From Octopus bimaculoides (taxonomy: Eukaryota), in contig NC_068982.1 of the NCBI RefSeq assembly GCF_001194135.2, forward strand, positions 60,947,339 to 61,011,338: a stretch of DNA of 64,000 bases, read 5' to 3'. Of this stretch, positions 39,370-51,949 are shown piece by piece; positions within the stretch are counted from its first letter, which is position 1; each line of letters opens with the position of its first letter. Made by a program: the position numbers and the translations under genes. Below the pieces are notes generated by a model. That model made no database searches. It had not been told where the DNA came from and worked only from the letters and a program-made list of their open reading frames with translations.

Positions 39370-39560
39370 TAATTGTGGTTGTGAGGGCCAGGAATGGTTG
39401 AGGAATGTTAGGGAAGAATGAAGGGTATTGACATTTATGTATGAATAGTTGCTGTTAGATGTAGTGGTAAATAAGTCATTAACGTATAGAAGGAAGAAAG
39501 TAGGGAACAAAATAAATCCCGGAGACACACCAGAGTTGATAGAATGGCCCAATCAACACA
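39370..39560 (-). mobile_element. CR1/L2-group RT fragment, decayed
   Basis: INSGVSPGFILFPTFFLLYVNDL...SYINVNTLHSS corresponds to GVPQGSVL.P.LF..IND...YADD.TL. Confidence 0.75.
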
Positions 39561-39869
39561 AGCAGCAATACTGCAACCTGATGCAATATGAGATCCAATA
39601 TATACATACTTACAAATATACATACATGCACATATACACACACACGCATGCGCACATATACACATACACATGCACAAACATAATGATATATATGTATGTG
39701 TATGCATATATATATATATATATGTAAATGTATATGTTTGTATATGTGTTGGGGGGGGGGGTTAATTTGAAGCTGATGAGTCACATCATCACATCATCAC
39801 TACTCAGTTTTTCACTACATGCAATTCTTGAGGCAACAAAAGAAAGATTGACGTTTTTTTTCCTTTCTT

Positions 39870-39908
<39 letters not shown>

Positions 39909-40050
39909 TCATCAAAAGAATTGCAAGTATCAGAAAATTTTGTCTAGTCATTGAGTGAATCATCAGCTTCTAATGAATAAACTCTTGAGTACATCCTTTT
40001 TTAATAAATATTGAGTACTTTTCTTCATAATATTAATTTATCTAATAATA

Positions 40051-40452
40051 GGCGCAGGAGTGGCTGTGTGGTAGGTAGCTTGCTTACCAACCACATGGTT
40101 CCGGGTTCAGTCCCACCTCATGGCACCTTGGGCAAGTGCCTTCTACTATAGCCTCGGGCTGACCAAAGCCTTGTGAGTGGATTTGGTAGATGGAAACTGA
40201 AAGAAGCCCGTCGTATATATGTATATATATATATGTATGTGTGTTTGTGTGTCTGTGTTTGTCCCCCCCCCCACCATCGCTTGACAACCGATGGTGGTGT
40301 GTTTATGTCCCCGTAACGTAGCGGTTCAGCAAAAGAGACCGATAGAATAAGTACTAGGCTTCCAAAGAATAAGTCCTGGGGTTGATTTGCTCACCTAAAG
40401 GCGGTGCTCCAGCATGGTCACAGTCAAATGACTGAAACAAGTAAACAGAGTA
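40051..40452 (+). mobile_element. SINE family A, young full copy
   Basis: GGCGCAGGAGTGGCTGTGTGGTAG...GGTTCAGTCCC...AAACAAGTAAACAGAGTA. Confidence 0.93.
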
Positions 40453-40457
40453 ATGCA

Positions 40458-40566
<109 letters not shown>

Positions 40567-40589
40567 ACACTCATACACACACACATATA

Positions 40590-40790
40590 TATCATCATCA
40601 TAATTTTATCCATTTCTATACCTGCTTTAGTCAGACAGAATTTGTCATGCCTGAATTTTCTATGTCCAGATGCCCATCCTATTACCAATCCTCACCTGTT
40701 TCAAAGAAAGAAGATATTCCCCCCGTGGTTGCACACGTTTCCATTGAAGATTGGAAACAACAAGGAGACAGAAATACACAGTACACACAC
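40590..40790 (-). mobile_element. (GAT)n-tailed retroposon 3' end, RTE-related variant
   Basis: ATCATCATCA...CAGATGCCCATCCTATTACCAATCC resembles the RTE 3' motif, then diverges. Confidence 0.5.
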
Positions 40791-41252
40791 ATACACACAG
40801 ATATTGCTTGGTTAATAATATGTCAAAAGCATTAATATACCAATTAAGGTCTTGCTGATCAGATAAAGTAGATGTGTGGAACTAGCAATCACCAATGCAA
40901 GTATGTACCTCTTGACCCTATAGGGCTAGTGAGTCCTCAATATGTCATCCACCTCATCTATCACTGCCGTTGTTGCACTCTGCCTCATTCATTCATACTT
41001 GTTGTTGTACACATAGCCAACAGCAGCAGGTCTATTCATTCAACGTTATGCCAATTAGGCTATCCACAAATGTGCTTATATAGCAGCTATTGATTGAGGA
41101 TGGAAACCAGAAATGACTTGTCTAACCAACTACAAGCCAATCCATCAGGAGAGTTCCTTCCTCTATTTTTCTGCACATCATTAGCATAGAAAAAATGTGT
41201 TTACATTGTTGTTTCACCTACAGTGAGACCTTATAATATACATACATACATA

Positions 41253-41564
41253 GGAGAATTTACGAAAAAAAAGAACAGACGAAGACAGGTGGTGTAAACA
41301 ACAAATGGATGTATTAGTATAACGCTCGGGAATTGAAAAAGTCTTTAACATTTCAAGCATACACTCTTCAACTGAAAGGAACACAGAAAGAAACAAGGAG
41401 AGAGACAAGGAGCTCTCCTTGTTTTTTTCTGTGTTCCTTTCAGTTGAAGAGCGTAGGCTCGAAACGTTAAAGACTTTCTCTATTCCCGAGCGTTATACTA
41501 ATACATCCATTTGTTGTTTTCACTACCTGTCTTCATCTGTTGTTTTTTTTTTCGTAAATTCTCC
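41253..41564. repeat. Head-to-head inverted repeat, ~150-bp arms with a ~10-bp spacer, inside an (ATAC)n tract
   Basis: 41253-41402 is the reverse complement of 41413-41564 with scattered mismatches. Confidence 0.93.
41437..41472 (+). ncRNA. Minimal type-I hammerhead fold with a variant core (mirror copy at about 41341-41380, minus)
   Basis: Stem I CTTT/AAAG; core CAGTTGA (consensus CTGATGA); stem II GAGC-GTAG-GCTC; GAAA; palindromic stem III ACGT; GUU triplet. Confidence 0.6.
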
Positions 41565-41734
41565 CATACATACATATGTACAAACATACCTACATACGTA
41601 CATTCATACATACTTACATACATATATATTTATATATCTTTACTTTTGCTCAATAGTTCTCATTTACTGTCTCCAAATATTGTTTCTATTTTATTTTCAC
41701 TCTTTATTAGTGAAGAACGTAGTTATTTGTCTAT

Positions 41735-41942
41735 TTGCATAAATTGGCTTCAAATTTTGGCAAGTTCGGGAAAGGGAGTACGTTGATTATATCAGCCCCA
41801 GTCTTCCACCGGTACTTATTTTATCAACACCAAAAGGACCAAAGTCAGCCTTGGTAGAATTTGAGCTCAAAATATAAAGATGGATGAAATGTCGCTAAGC
41901 ATTTTGCCAGGTATGCTAATGATTCTGCCAACTCTCTGCCTT
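41735..41942 (-). mobile_element. SINE family B
   Basis: TCAAATTTTGGCAAG...GGTACTTATTTTATC...TTCTGCCAACTC. Confidence 0.85.
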
Positions 41943-41988
41943 ATCTATTTGCATATATTAAGCAATATGCTATGCCATATAACTGAAA

Positions 41989-42068
41989 GTGGAAAATAGA
42001 AAAAAATAAAGTATTGTTGATCTAGGGAGACCTAGATCAACAATGCTTTATTTTTTTATTTTTTCCAC
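41989..42068. other. 38-bp-stem hairpin with a GAGA loop
   Basis: 35 Watson-Crick pairs, 1 T-G, 2 mismatches; loop 42027-42030. Confidence 0.9.
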
Positions 42069-44723
42069 ATCCTAGAAAGCATTTTTATTACTGGTTTGTC
42101 TTTCTTTAACTCTTCAGGATCTCAAAACTTCTGTTTTCCAGTTGTAGAGAGGACATATAAACAAGCATTAGTTTGGCGAAATGAAAGATCTTCACCTAAT
42201 TTCAATAAGCACTTTAGAATTAGTTCATTTAGTGTTTTTAATTTGTTTGTTGTTGGGTTTTTTTTTACTTTATTTAGATGTGGTCTTTTCTGAAGGGGTT
42301 ATCTTCCCTTGAATGATTTTACTTAGAATATACCACAGTTGTTTTTACTCCTAACTCTTCCAGCTTGTGTATCTTTTATCATTGCTGCTGTTGTTAGATT
42401 AGCTTGCAGCTTGTGAATACTCAGCCTGGGTATGAGATAGCATAGTAGCAGTATTGAATAAAGGTGGGTATGTTTCTATGTAAGGCCTTATTTGAATGAT
42501 AGAAATATGTGTGTACGTATAAGTGTACATATATATATATACAAATACATATATACACACACACGCACAAACACACACATATGCACACACGTGCACACGC
42601 ACACACACACACGCACATGCGCGCGCGCGCACACACACACACATTTATTGCTAACAAGGGTGCTTAGCTTGGTTAATATAACAGTCAAACTTCCCTTAAC
42701 AAATTGCATCATTACTTCAAAATGGGGGCTACATGTTTCAAATCCTAATGTTTAGAATGACATGCTCCATAATAGAGATGGGATAGCCACCGTTAGAAAT
42801 GCCTACTGAAGGCTTTATTCAATTAGTTGTATTTGTATCATGTGTCAGCTGAAATATATCTGATTGGGGATGCCCAGCAACAAACATCAACAGCTGTATA
42901 AAGAAATGTTGTCTTTGAACAATCTTAGTTTATTAATAAATTAGTTCATTTTATCAATGATCATCTATATATTGAGGTAAGCAATATCTAATGGCACCAT
43001 TGCTTCTACTACAAAAGAAAGTCTGAGGCTTGCAGCAAGACAGGTTTCATGAATAACAAAATGTCTTCTATATTTTACCATTTGTCAAATTCCTATTTGA
43101 ATAGTATTTGTTTGCTCTTATATTGTTGTCTTTTAGCTTAGTTTTTTTTTTTTTATCTTGCAATTTTTTGCTAAGATTCATACATTCCCTTTTGTTGTTC
43201 AATGTTCCTTTCCAAAAAGTGGTGCTGGTTCTTTGGAGAGGTTCTTTCTGCTATAGCAGAGATTAAACTACTTTACTACACATACAGGAGTGCTGAATGT
43301 TGGAAGAAAAATTTTGATTTTTTTCTATCATTATGTCAACTTACTCATAATATATTTTTATGAAGAAACTATTGCTAATAAACATGCTGGTTGTTTAACT
43401 TTTCCTTTACTGTAATTTTTGTTCAGTCCCGGGTCATTCAACCGAAATCTAGCAGACCTCTATGTTCAAAGGCATTCCATGCGAGACCATTTTGTCTTTT
43501 ACCTTTGTTTTTCTAATCAAACATAGTGCATCTAAGACTAGATTTACCAATATTTTATTTTTTAAGATGGTATGGTGAAATTTAAGGAAAATTCCAATGT
43601 TATTTCTAACAGGTTATGTACCCTTTGATGGGCATTCTTATTGGCATATCGTTGACTATAGTTACTATCGTTTTGCTTCTGGTCGTCTCTGACCAAACAT
43701 CTTACCTGTGACCTTACGACTTTTAGCGTCAGTCTAAGAATGCATTACCTAATGAGTCTTGCCCTGTGTACTTGAGGAATATTTTGATTTATTTTATAGC
43801 AAACAGAGTGACTAGGAAGAGGCTCTGTTGTTAGTTCAAATCAGCAAATAATTCACAGGTACATTAGTTATTCCAGAAAGTTTTTGCAGAGGAAAGCAAG
43901 CAAAACATTATATTTGACAAACAAATATTTTCATTGCCATGTCCTTCCTTCAACAATTACTAGAAAATTTCATTTCTGTTGATAATGAATTTAATTTTAA
44001 AGCAACACCTATGTCCCTTCATAACTGTGTACATTGTTTAATTCCATATGTTTTCTATAATTTAAAGAAAATATATTTTGTTGAATCTAAAATGTCCTCA
44101 TTAGCTTATAGATTTTTTCTTTTTTTTTTTAATTGAGAACATTGATTTACATAGCTGTATTTATTTTAAAAGTTTTCTTTCAAAATATGTCTGAAACTTT
44201 TGTATATGAGATCTTGAGGCTATATGGCTGTGAGGAATACTTCTCATTTGAGAAACGCAACACTGCTGGAAATAGACAGACAGGAAAAGAAATAATATAA
44301 AGTTCTTTTAATTGAAGAGATGAAATTCAACACAGAATTACATTACTGTTAGCATAATGATTCCAACATACCTTGAAGTTGCATATAAAAATGTCTCTTG
44401 ATTCATGAATAAAATATCTTTTATTCATATATGATTAAGTAGGGTTTGAAATAATTGGATGATTTTTTCCCCTCCTTAAATGCTATGTGATAGGCAGCAG
44501 CATCTACACACCACTATTTACAAGTTAAACTACTGGAACCAGTTTATTTGATTTGTCAAAAGAAAATTTCCAAACTTAATTACATTATCTCTACATCAAC
44601 ACTATTTGCTTATAGGCTACAAAGTATAATAGAGAGGCTTTTTAGCTTGAATGGTTCTAATTTCTTATATTTTGTTTTGATACTATTGCTGTGTTGTATG
44701 TATATATCTGTGCGTGAGTGAAG

Positions 44724-44726
<3 letters not shown>

Positions 44727-44789
<63 letters not shown>

Positions 44790-45647
44790 NNNNNNNNNNN
44801 NNNNNNNNNNNNNNNNNNNNNNNNNNNNNNNNNNNNNNNNNNNNNNNNNNNNNNNNNNNNNNNNNNNNNNNNNNNNNNNNNNNNNNNNNNNNNNNNNNNN
44901 NNNNNNNNNNNNNNNNNNNNNNNNNNNNNNNNNNNNNNNNNNNNNNNNNNNNNNNNNNNNNNNNNNNNNNNNNNNNNNNNNNNNNNNNNNNNNNNNNNNN
45001 NNNNNNNNNNNNNNNNNNNNNNNNNNNNNNNNNNNNNNNNNNNNNNNNNNNNNNNNNNNNNNNNNNNNNNNNNNNNNNNNNNNNNNNNNNNNNNNNNNNN
45101 NNNNNNNNNNNNNNNNNNNNNNNNNNNNNNNNNNNNNNNNNNNNNNNNNNNNNNNNNNNNNNNNNNNNNNNNNNNNNNNNNNNNNNNNNNNNNNNNNNNN
45201 NNNNNNNNNNNNNNNNNNNNNNNNNNNNNNNNNNNNNNNNNNNNNNNNNNNNNNNNNNNNNNNNNNNNNNNNNNNNNNNNNNNNNNNNNNNNNNNNNNNN
45301 NNNNNNNNNNNNNNNNNNNNNNNNNNNNNNNNNNNNNNNNNNNNNNNNNNNNNNNNNNNNNNNNNNNNNNNNNNNNNNNNNNNNNNNNNNNNNNNNNNNN
45401 NNNNNNNNNNNNNNNNNNNNNNNNNNNNNNNNNNNNNNNNNNNNNNNNNNNNNNNNNNNNNNNNNNNNNNNNNNNNNNNNNNNNNNNNNNNNNNNNNNNN
45501 NNNNNNNNNNNNNNNNNNNNNNNNNNNNNNNNNNNNNNNNNNNNNNNNNNNNNNNNNNNNNNNNNNNNNNNNNNNNNNNNNNNNNNNNNNNNNNNNNNNN
45601 NNNNNNNNNNNNNNNNNNNNNNNNNNNNNNNNNNNNNNNNNNNNNNN

Positions 45648-45732
<85 letters not shown>

Positions 45733-45735
45733 CAC
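44727..45735. repeat. (TG)n array spanning an 858-N gap
   Basis: (TG)n on both sides of the gap. Confidence 0.9.
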
Positions 45736-45854
45736 ATGTGTGTGCAATATAATAATAACATATCAAAAAAATGTCACAGAAATTTCATTGACACGTTGCA
45801 AAAGTGATTCCCACATAATATCGGTTTCAAATTTTGACACAAAGCCAGTAATTT

Positions 45855-46037
45855 CAAGGAAAGGGGTAAAATAATTACATTGACCCCAGGACTTAACTGG
45901 TACTTATTCTATTGACCCTGAAAGGATGAAAGGTAAAGTCAACCTCAGCTGAATTTGAACTCAGAATGCAAAGACAGACAAAATGTCACTAAGCATTTTG
46001 CCCCACATGCTAACAAATTCTGCCAGCTCACTGCCTT
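45855..46037 (-). mobile_element. SINE family B
   Basis: GGTAAAGTCAACCTCAGCTGAATTTGAACTCAG...TGCCAGCTCACTGCC. Confidence 0.88.
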
Positions 46038-46360
46038 ATTCTCATACATGTAATGTATAAGAACAATAAGTCAAAATAACAAAAATAGCATATCATAATA
46101 ATATATGAGAATACACTATAATATATGCTTCAGAAATAATACATATTTCGAAAAAATATAACATGATGAAATTCAGTAATATCTCCTAAAACACATATTA
46201 TGCATATATACATATATATGAAATTAGTATACATTTATACACAAAAGAGGTGACCCTAAACAGGATACCTTACATGCTAAAAGGGACAGTCAAAGTCCAA
46301 GCCACGGTTAAGAGTAATTTCGAAGGGGATGAACAATAAAAACATTTTCAATAGTTACCA

Positions 46361-46429
46361 CTTGTACCTAGGTTTCGAACATTAATGAACAAATAAAATA
46401 ATTTGTTATCCATGTTCTTCATCAACAAG
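46361..46429 (-). ncRNA. Type-I hammerhead ribozyme fold, complete (one core change, C3 to U), within a ~240-bp short element (about 46205-46445)
   Basis: Stem I CTTG/CAAG; TTGATGA; A; stem II GAACAT...ATGTTC with inner AACAAAT/ATTTGTT; GAAA; palindromic stem III ACCTAGGT; GUA cleavage triplet. Confidence 0.75.
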
Positions 46430-47081
46430 GGCGCTAATAATTAACATATAATTATGGGACAAATAGAGAGCACATGTCACATCTTAATACATTATAATTT
46501 TTCAAATCCACCACGCATGTATATATATATATATATATTTATATATATTTATGTATATATTTATATATTTATATATATTTATGTATNNNNNNNNNNNNNN
46601 NNNNNNNNNNNNNNNNNNNNNNNNNNNNNNNNNNNNNNNNNNNNNNNNNNNNNNNNNNNNNNNNNNNNNNNNNNNNNNNNNNNNNNNNNNNNNNNNNNNN
46701 NNNNNNNNNNNNNNNNNNNNNNNNNNNNNNNNNNNNNNNNNNNNNNNNNNNNNNNNNNNNNNNNNNNNNNNNNNNNNNNNNNNNNNNNNNNNNNNNNNNN
46801 NNNNNNNNNNNNNNNNNNNNNNNNNNNNNNNNNNNNNNNNNNNNNNNNNNNNNNNNNNNNNNNNNNNNNNNNNNNNNNNNNNNNNNNNNNNNNNNNNNNN
46901 NNNNNNNNNNNNNNNNNNNNNNNNNNNNNNNNNNNNNNNNNNNNNNNNNNNNNNNNNNNNNNNNNNNNNNNNNNNNNNNNNNNNNNNNNNNNNNNNNNNN
47001 NNNNNNNNNNNNNNNNNNNNNNNNNATATATATACATATATATATATATATACATGTATATATTTATATATATTTTACATA

Positions 47082-47117
<36 letters not shown>

Positions 47118-47120
<3 letters not shown>

Positions 47121-48010
47121 TCATCATCATCATCATTGTCGTTTAACGTCTGCTTTCCATGCTGGCATGGGTTGGACAGTTTGACTGGGGGCTGACAAGC
47201 CAGAAGGCTGTACTAGGCTCCAATCTGGCAAAGTTTCAACAACTGGATTCCCTCCCTAACGCCAACCACTCTGAGAGTGTAGTGGGTGCTTATTATGTGT
47301 CACTGGCATGAGGGCCAGACAGGCAGTACTGGCATCAACCACACTTGAATGCTACTTTTTATGTGCTACCAACACAGGAACCAGTCAGGCAGCACTGGCA
47401 TAGGCCATGGTTATGGTCTCACCTGGCTTGCTGGGTCTTCTCAATCACAGTATATCTCCAAAGGTCTCAGCCAGTTCTCATTGCCTCGGTGAGGCCCAAT
47501 GCTAGAAGGTCGTGCTTCACCACCTCATCCCACGTCTTTCTGGGTCTACCTCCTTCACAGGATCCTTCTACTGCTAGAGTGTGACACTTTATCACACAGC
47601 TGTCCTCATCCATTTGCACCACATGACCATACCAGCGCAGTCATCTCTCTTGCACACCACATCTGATGCTTCTTAAGTCCAACTTTTCTTTCAGGGCACA
47701 TACACTCTGTCGTGTATGCATGTTGACATTACACATCCAGTGGAGCATACTGGCTTCATTCCTTGCAAGCTTACACATGTCCTCAACAGTCATAGCCCAT
47801 GTTTCACTGCCATGTAGCATGGCAGTTTGCACACATGCATCATACAGTCTACCTTTTGCTCTGAGCGAGAGGCCCTTTGTCTCCAGCAGAGGTAGGAGCT
47901 CTCTGAACTTTGCCTAGGCTATTATTATTCTAACAGCTACACTTTCAGAGCATCCACCCCTGCTACTGACTTGGTCACCTAGGTAACGGAAGCTATCAAG
48001 TACTTGTAGT
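47118..48010 (-). mobile_element. 5'-truncated RTE-clade LINE, ORF2 C-terminus plus 3' UTR
   Basis: LDSFRYLGDQV...KFRELLPLL...MLHGSETWA...WYGHVVQMDEDSC...GRPRKTWDEVVKHDL; (GAT)n tail. Confidence 0.93.
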
Positions 48011-48937
48011 TTTTCCCCCCTGTAATGTAATCAACTTGTATTTATTTTATTGATCCTGAATGGATGAAAACCATAGTTGCTGTTGGCAGCTTTTGAACTC
48101 TGAATGTAAAACCAGAAGACATGCTGTTCAGCATTTTGTCCAGCTCATTGCTTTCAATATGAAAAGATAATGAATCATTTTCTTAAAATGACAAAGTGGA
48201 ATTTCAGGGAGGCTTGGCTATTGTCTCTTGCAGGCAACATTTATGATATGTTTATACTGCCAGTTGACTTGGATTTTAAATAGTTAAGACCTGGACTACG
48301 ATGTTGTGGATGGCACATACAGCAAATTAACATACAAATGACACAGTGAAGATAAAACTTACCCTCAGCCATGTAAATTACTTTTGTAAAATAAATTCTT
48401 AATTTCTGAAAACTGTCTCCCTTTTTCTTTAAGAGTCAATAGCAATAATTATTATTTTTCTTTATCTTTCTACAATTAAATGGAAAATTTCAGTTAATTG
48501 AGATATTTTTAATATATTATTCAGTACATTAACCCTCTGAAATTATTTAGCTGTAGCTCTGTTAACTAGAAGGTGAAGCTGCTGGTAGTTTGCTAATTCG
48601 GAAAATAACAAATCATACATTTTACCTTCAGTGGTATCTTCATTATCATACCTTGCATGTATATGCATGTGTATATGAGTGATATGAGTGCATATATTTA
48701 TATTGCTATCTATCTATCTATCTATATATATATATATCTGTGTGTGTGTAGGTGTGCATAGATAGATTCTTATAAATATATTTGTATGTATACATATGTA
48801 TATGCATATATATATGCGTATGTATGTATGTATGTATGTATGACTACTACTCATACTGATCTATCGGTCTGCATATATATGTATAAATGTGTGTGTGTGT
48901 ACATCTATGCGTTTGTGTGTGTGTACATATATGTGTA

Positions 48938-48968
<31 letters not shown>

Positions 48969-49031
48969 NNNNNNNNNNNNNNNNNNNNNNNNNNNNNNNN
49001 NNNNNNNNNNNNNNNNNNNNNNNNNNNNNNN

Positions 49032-49120
<89 letters not shown>
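49032..49120. repeat. (TAGA)n microsatellite
   Basis: Direct reading. Confidence 0.97.
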
Positions 49121-49122
<2 letters not shown>

Positions 49123-49127
49123 TACAT

Positions 49128-49640
49128 ATCATCATCATTGTTTAACGTCCGTTTTCCATGCTGGCATGGGTTGGATGGTTTGATTGAGGTCTGGAGAACC
49201 AGCAGCTGCACCAGGTTCCAGTCTGATCTGGCAATGTTTCTACTGCTGGATGCCCTTTCTAACACCAACCACTCCAAGAGTGTAGTGGACGCTTTTTATG
49301 TGCCACTGGCACAGGAGCTACTCAGGCGGTACTGGCATCGATCATGTTTGGATAGTGCTTTTTATGTGCCACCGGCACTGGGACCAGCCAGTGGGTACTG
49401 GCATTGGCCATGTTCGGATGGTGCTTTTTACATACCACCGGCATGGGAGCTGGTCAGTGGGTACTGGCATCAGTCACGTTCAAATGGTGCTTTTTACGTG
49501 CAGCTGGCATGGGAGCCAGTCAGTGGGTACCGGCATTGGCTACGTTCGGATGGTGCATTTTACGTGCAACCAACATGGAAGCCAGTCAGTGGGTACTGGC
49601 ATCGGCCACATTCGGATGGTGCTTTTTACATGCCACAGGC
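49128..49640 (-). mobile_element. RTE 3' UTR containing a 66-bp tandem repeat (about 5.5 units)
   Basis: GTAC(T/C)GGCAT recurs at 49329, 49395, 49461, 49527 and 49593. Confidence 0.9.
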
Positions 49641-49809
49641 ATATATTATATATGTAAATACGTACATATATGTATGCACTAGCTGATACCTATCATTTTT
49701 CTCTCCCCGTCATTGTTCTTCTTTAAAATCTTGCATCATATCCACTGATGGTCACTACTCTCTTCTCAGATATGAAGCCCATGATAAACATTGAAAAATC
49801 TGGCTGTAC

Positions 49810-50310
49810 TCACACACACCACACAACCATTCACAAGCACATGCACACACATAGTCTTTCACACACAGTCATTCACATAAACACATACAAACACATAAAC
49901 ACTCACATACACACAATCACTCTCTCTCTCTCTCCCCTCTCACACACACACACACATACAATCACTCACACACACAATCACTCTCACACACAATCATTCA
50001 CATACACACTTATACAATCACTCATACACACACACAATCACTTACACACATACACACACACAATCGCTTACACACATACACACACAGACAATCACTAACA
50101 CAATCATTCATATACACACTTATACATTCACTCACACACACACACACACACACATACACATACAATCACTTGCACACAATCATTCTCACACAATCATTCA
50201 CACACACATGCACAATCACTCACACACTCATGCACACACATACTCACTCATGCACACACATACTCCCTCATACACATTACACACAGTCAGATACACATAC
50301 ACAAACACAA
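49810..50310. repeat. (CA)n-derived cryptic minisatellite with a recurring ACAATCA motif
   Basis: More than 12 CACAATCA/TACAATCA motifs separated by CA runs. Confidence 0.85.
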
Positions 50311-50899
50311 TCGTTTATAACGGTTAGTTGAAACAGTTATCTACAATTAGCATTTTTTTTTTTCAATTTGGGGAGAAGAAATTACTTTTTTACTCAGCAA
50401 ACTTATACATCAATTAGGGATGAAAATCCTGGAAAGAAAGAAATTTATTTTCCAAGAATTCAGTATACAAAAAAATCCAAAGTTGCAGTCTTCAGCAATA
50501 ATGTATTTCTCAGATTATTTTCAGATTTTAAAACCCTGATTAATTCATTTCATTAAGTCTATTTTAACATAAAACAAACAATTTCATTAAAAAAATATAT
50601 TTTGTAGCACTTTTTTTTATCTTTTAAAATTATAATTTTAACAATATTCTTCAAAGATTAATTAATTTAGCTCCTAGCTATGTTTTATTTCCTATAGAAA
50701 TCGAGAACTTTCTGCTGAAATATTTGTCAATTTAAGAGAACATTGATTAATTTCAAAATGTTTTATTGTCAAATTAAATGCCAGTTTTTGTGAGCTTAAC
50801 ATGGTTAAATCTGAAAGAATTAATCTGTATTGTTAGTAATGCTTGTCTGGACAGACAGTATGTAAACGCCACTAAATAAAGTAGAACCTAGTCAGAACT

Positions 50900-51200
50900 T
50901 TGTTCTCATGGCTGCTTATGGAAATATTAAACTATCTATTCAAATAACATAGCTTTACTGCTAATTGACGGAGGCAGCACCTTAGCAATCTCTTCTTTAA
51001 TAGCACGCCTAACACAAATAATGGTGAATCAGCAACAGCGAAAATGCTTTTACAATAGATACTGGGTTGAAGCCAGGTCAGGTTAAAGGTGACACATGTG
51101 TTATCAATTGCTATGGTTCTTGGAAAAGATGCAACAATTTTCTTCATTTGTTGCTGTACTCTGATGGCCAGGAAGGGGCACTGCTGTTGATATCTATCAA
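50900..51200 (-). pseudogene. Possible decayed Tc1/mariner transposase C-terminus
   Basis: Frame-shifted pieces HL*PDLASTQYLL (cf. SPDLAPSDY) and RRAIKEEIAKV. Confidence 0.3.
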
Positions 51201-51949
51201 TTCTTCAAACATAAATACCATATTAGCATTGACCATTTATCTACCCTGCCACTCTGTGAGAGATGGTGTTCAACAAATAATGAGCCAGCAGTAAATTACA
51301 ATAAGATATGGCATCTTACTATCTTTAATACTACCTGGTGATATATATATATTCGCTGAAACCAAACTGGATATTGGCTAATCTGACCAGTGAACTATGA
51401 CCAAAATCAAATACAACTATTGGCTTTTAGTTTTAGTGTTTTAACTTATTCTTCTCTGCTTGATTCTAGTTTTAAAAGTCTATTGATATTGTGTTGCTGC
51501 TTGCAACATCATGAGAGTTTTGTGTTTTTAGTTTTTATGATTCATGATTATTTTGATTTACACACCAGATAAATTTTCCTGATAACGAAACCTCAACTAG
51601 TTGCTGTAAACTTTAGCAAATTTTGACTCCAAGCATTTACCTTCTTCATAAAAGTACTTGACAGCAAACCTCTTGATGTCATGGAGTTGTTATTGTTGAT
51701 TCTTACATCCTGTCAATGACTTTTCTTAAGTGAGAGGGACACTGGGTTAATATGTAATACATTAGATTTAGTAACGCAACAAAGATCAAACATTATGGCT
51801 AACATTTTTGTTTGCTGTATAACAGCAAAATCAGTTTTTAAAAAGGGAATTGATTTATTATCATGCCAGTATGTTCTGTATTACAAATACTATTAGACAC
51901 GGCCTAACTATTTCCATGACAGAATTTTAGATTATTGTTGTTGTTGTTG

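Noticed and set aside
42288-42325. CTGAAGGGG...CCCTTGAAT pLTR-like motif
   Set aside because: Both halves of the core deviate and no stem I or III can be drawn
44610-45874. Long ORFs of 340-386 aa (similar ones at 4.2-4.6, 15.3, 26.6-27.4, 28.6 and 46.5 kb)
   Set aside because: Made of N gaps and dinucleotide repeats
49138-49686. Three overlapping repetitive ORFs
   Set aside because: Explained by the 66-bp UTR repeat, antisense to the RTE
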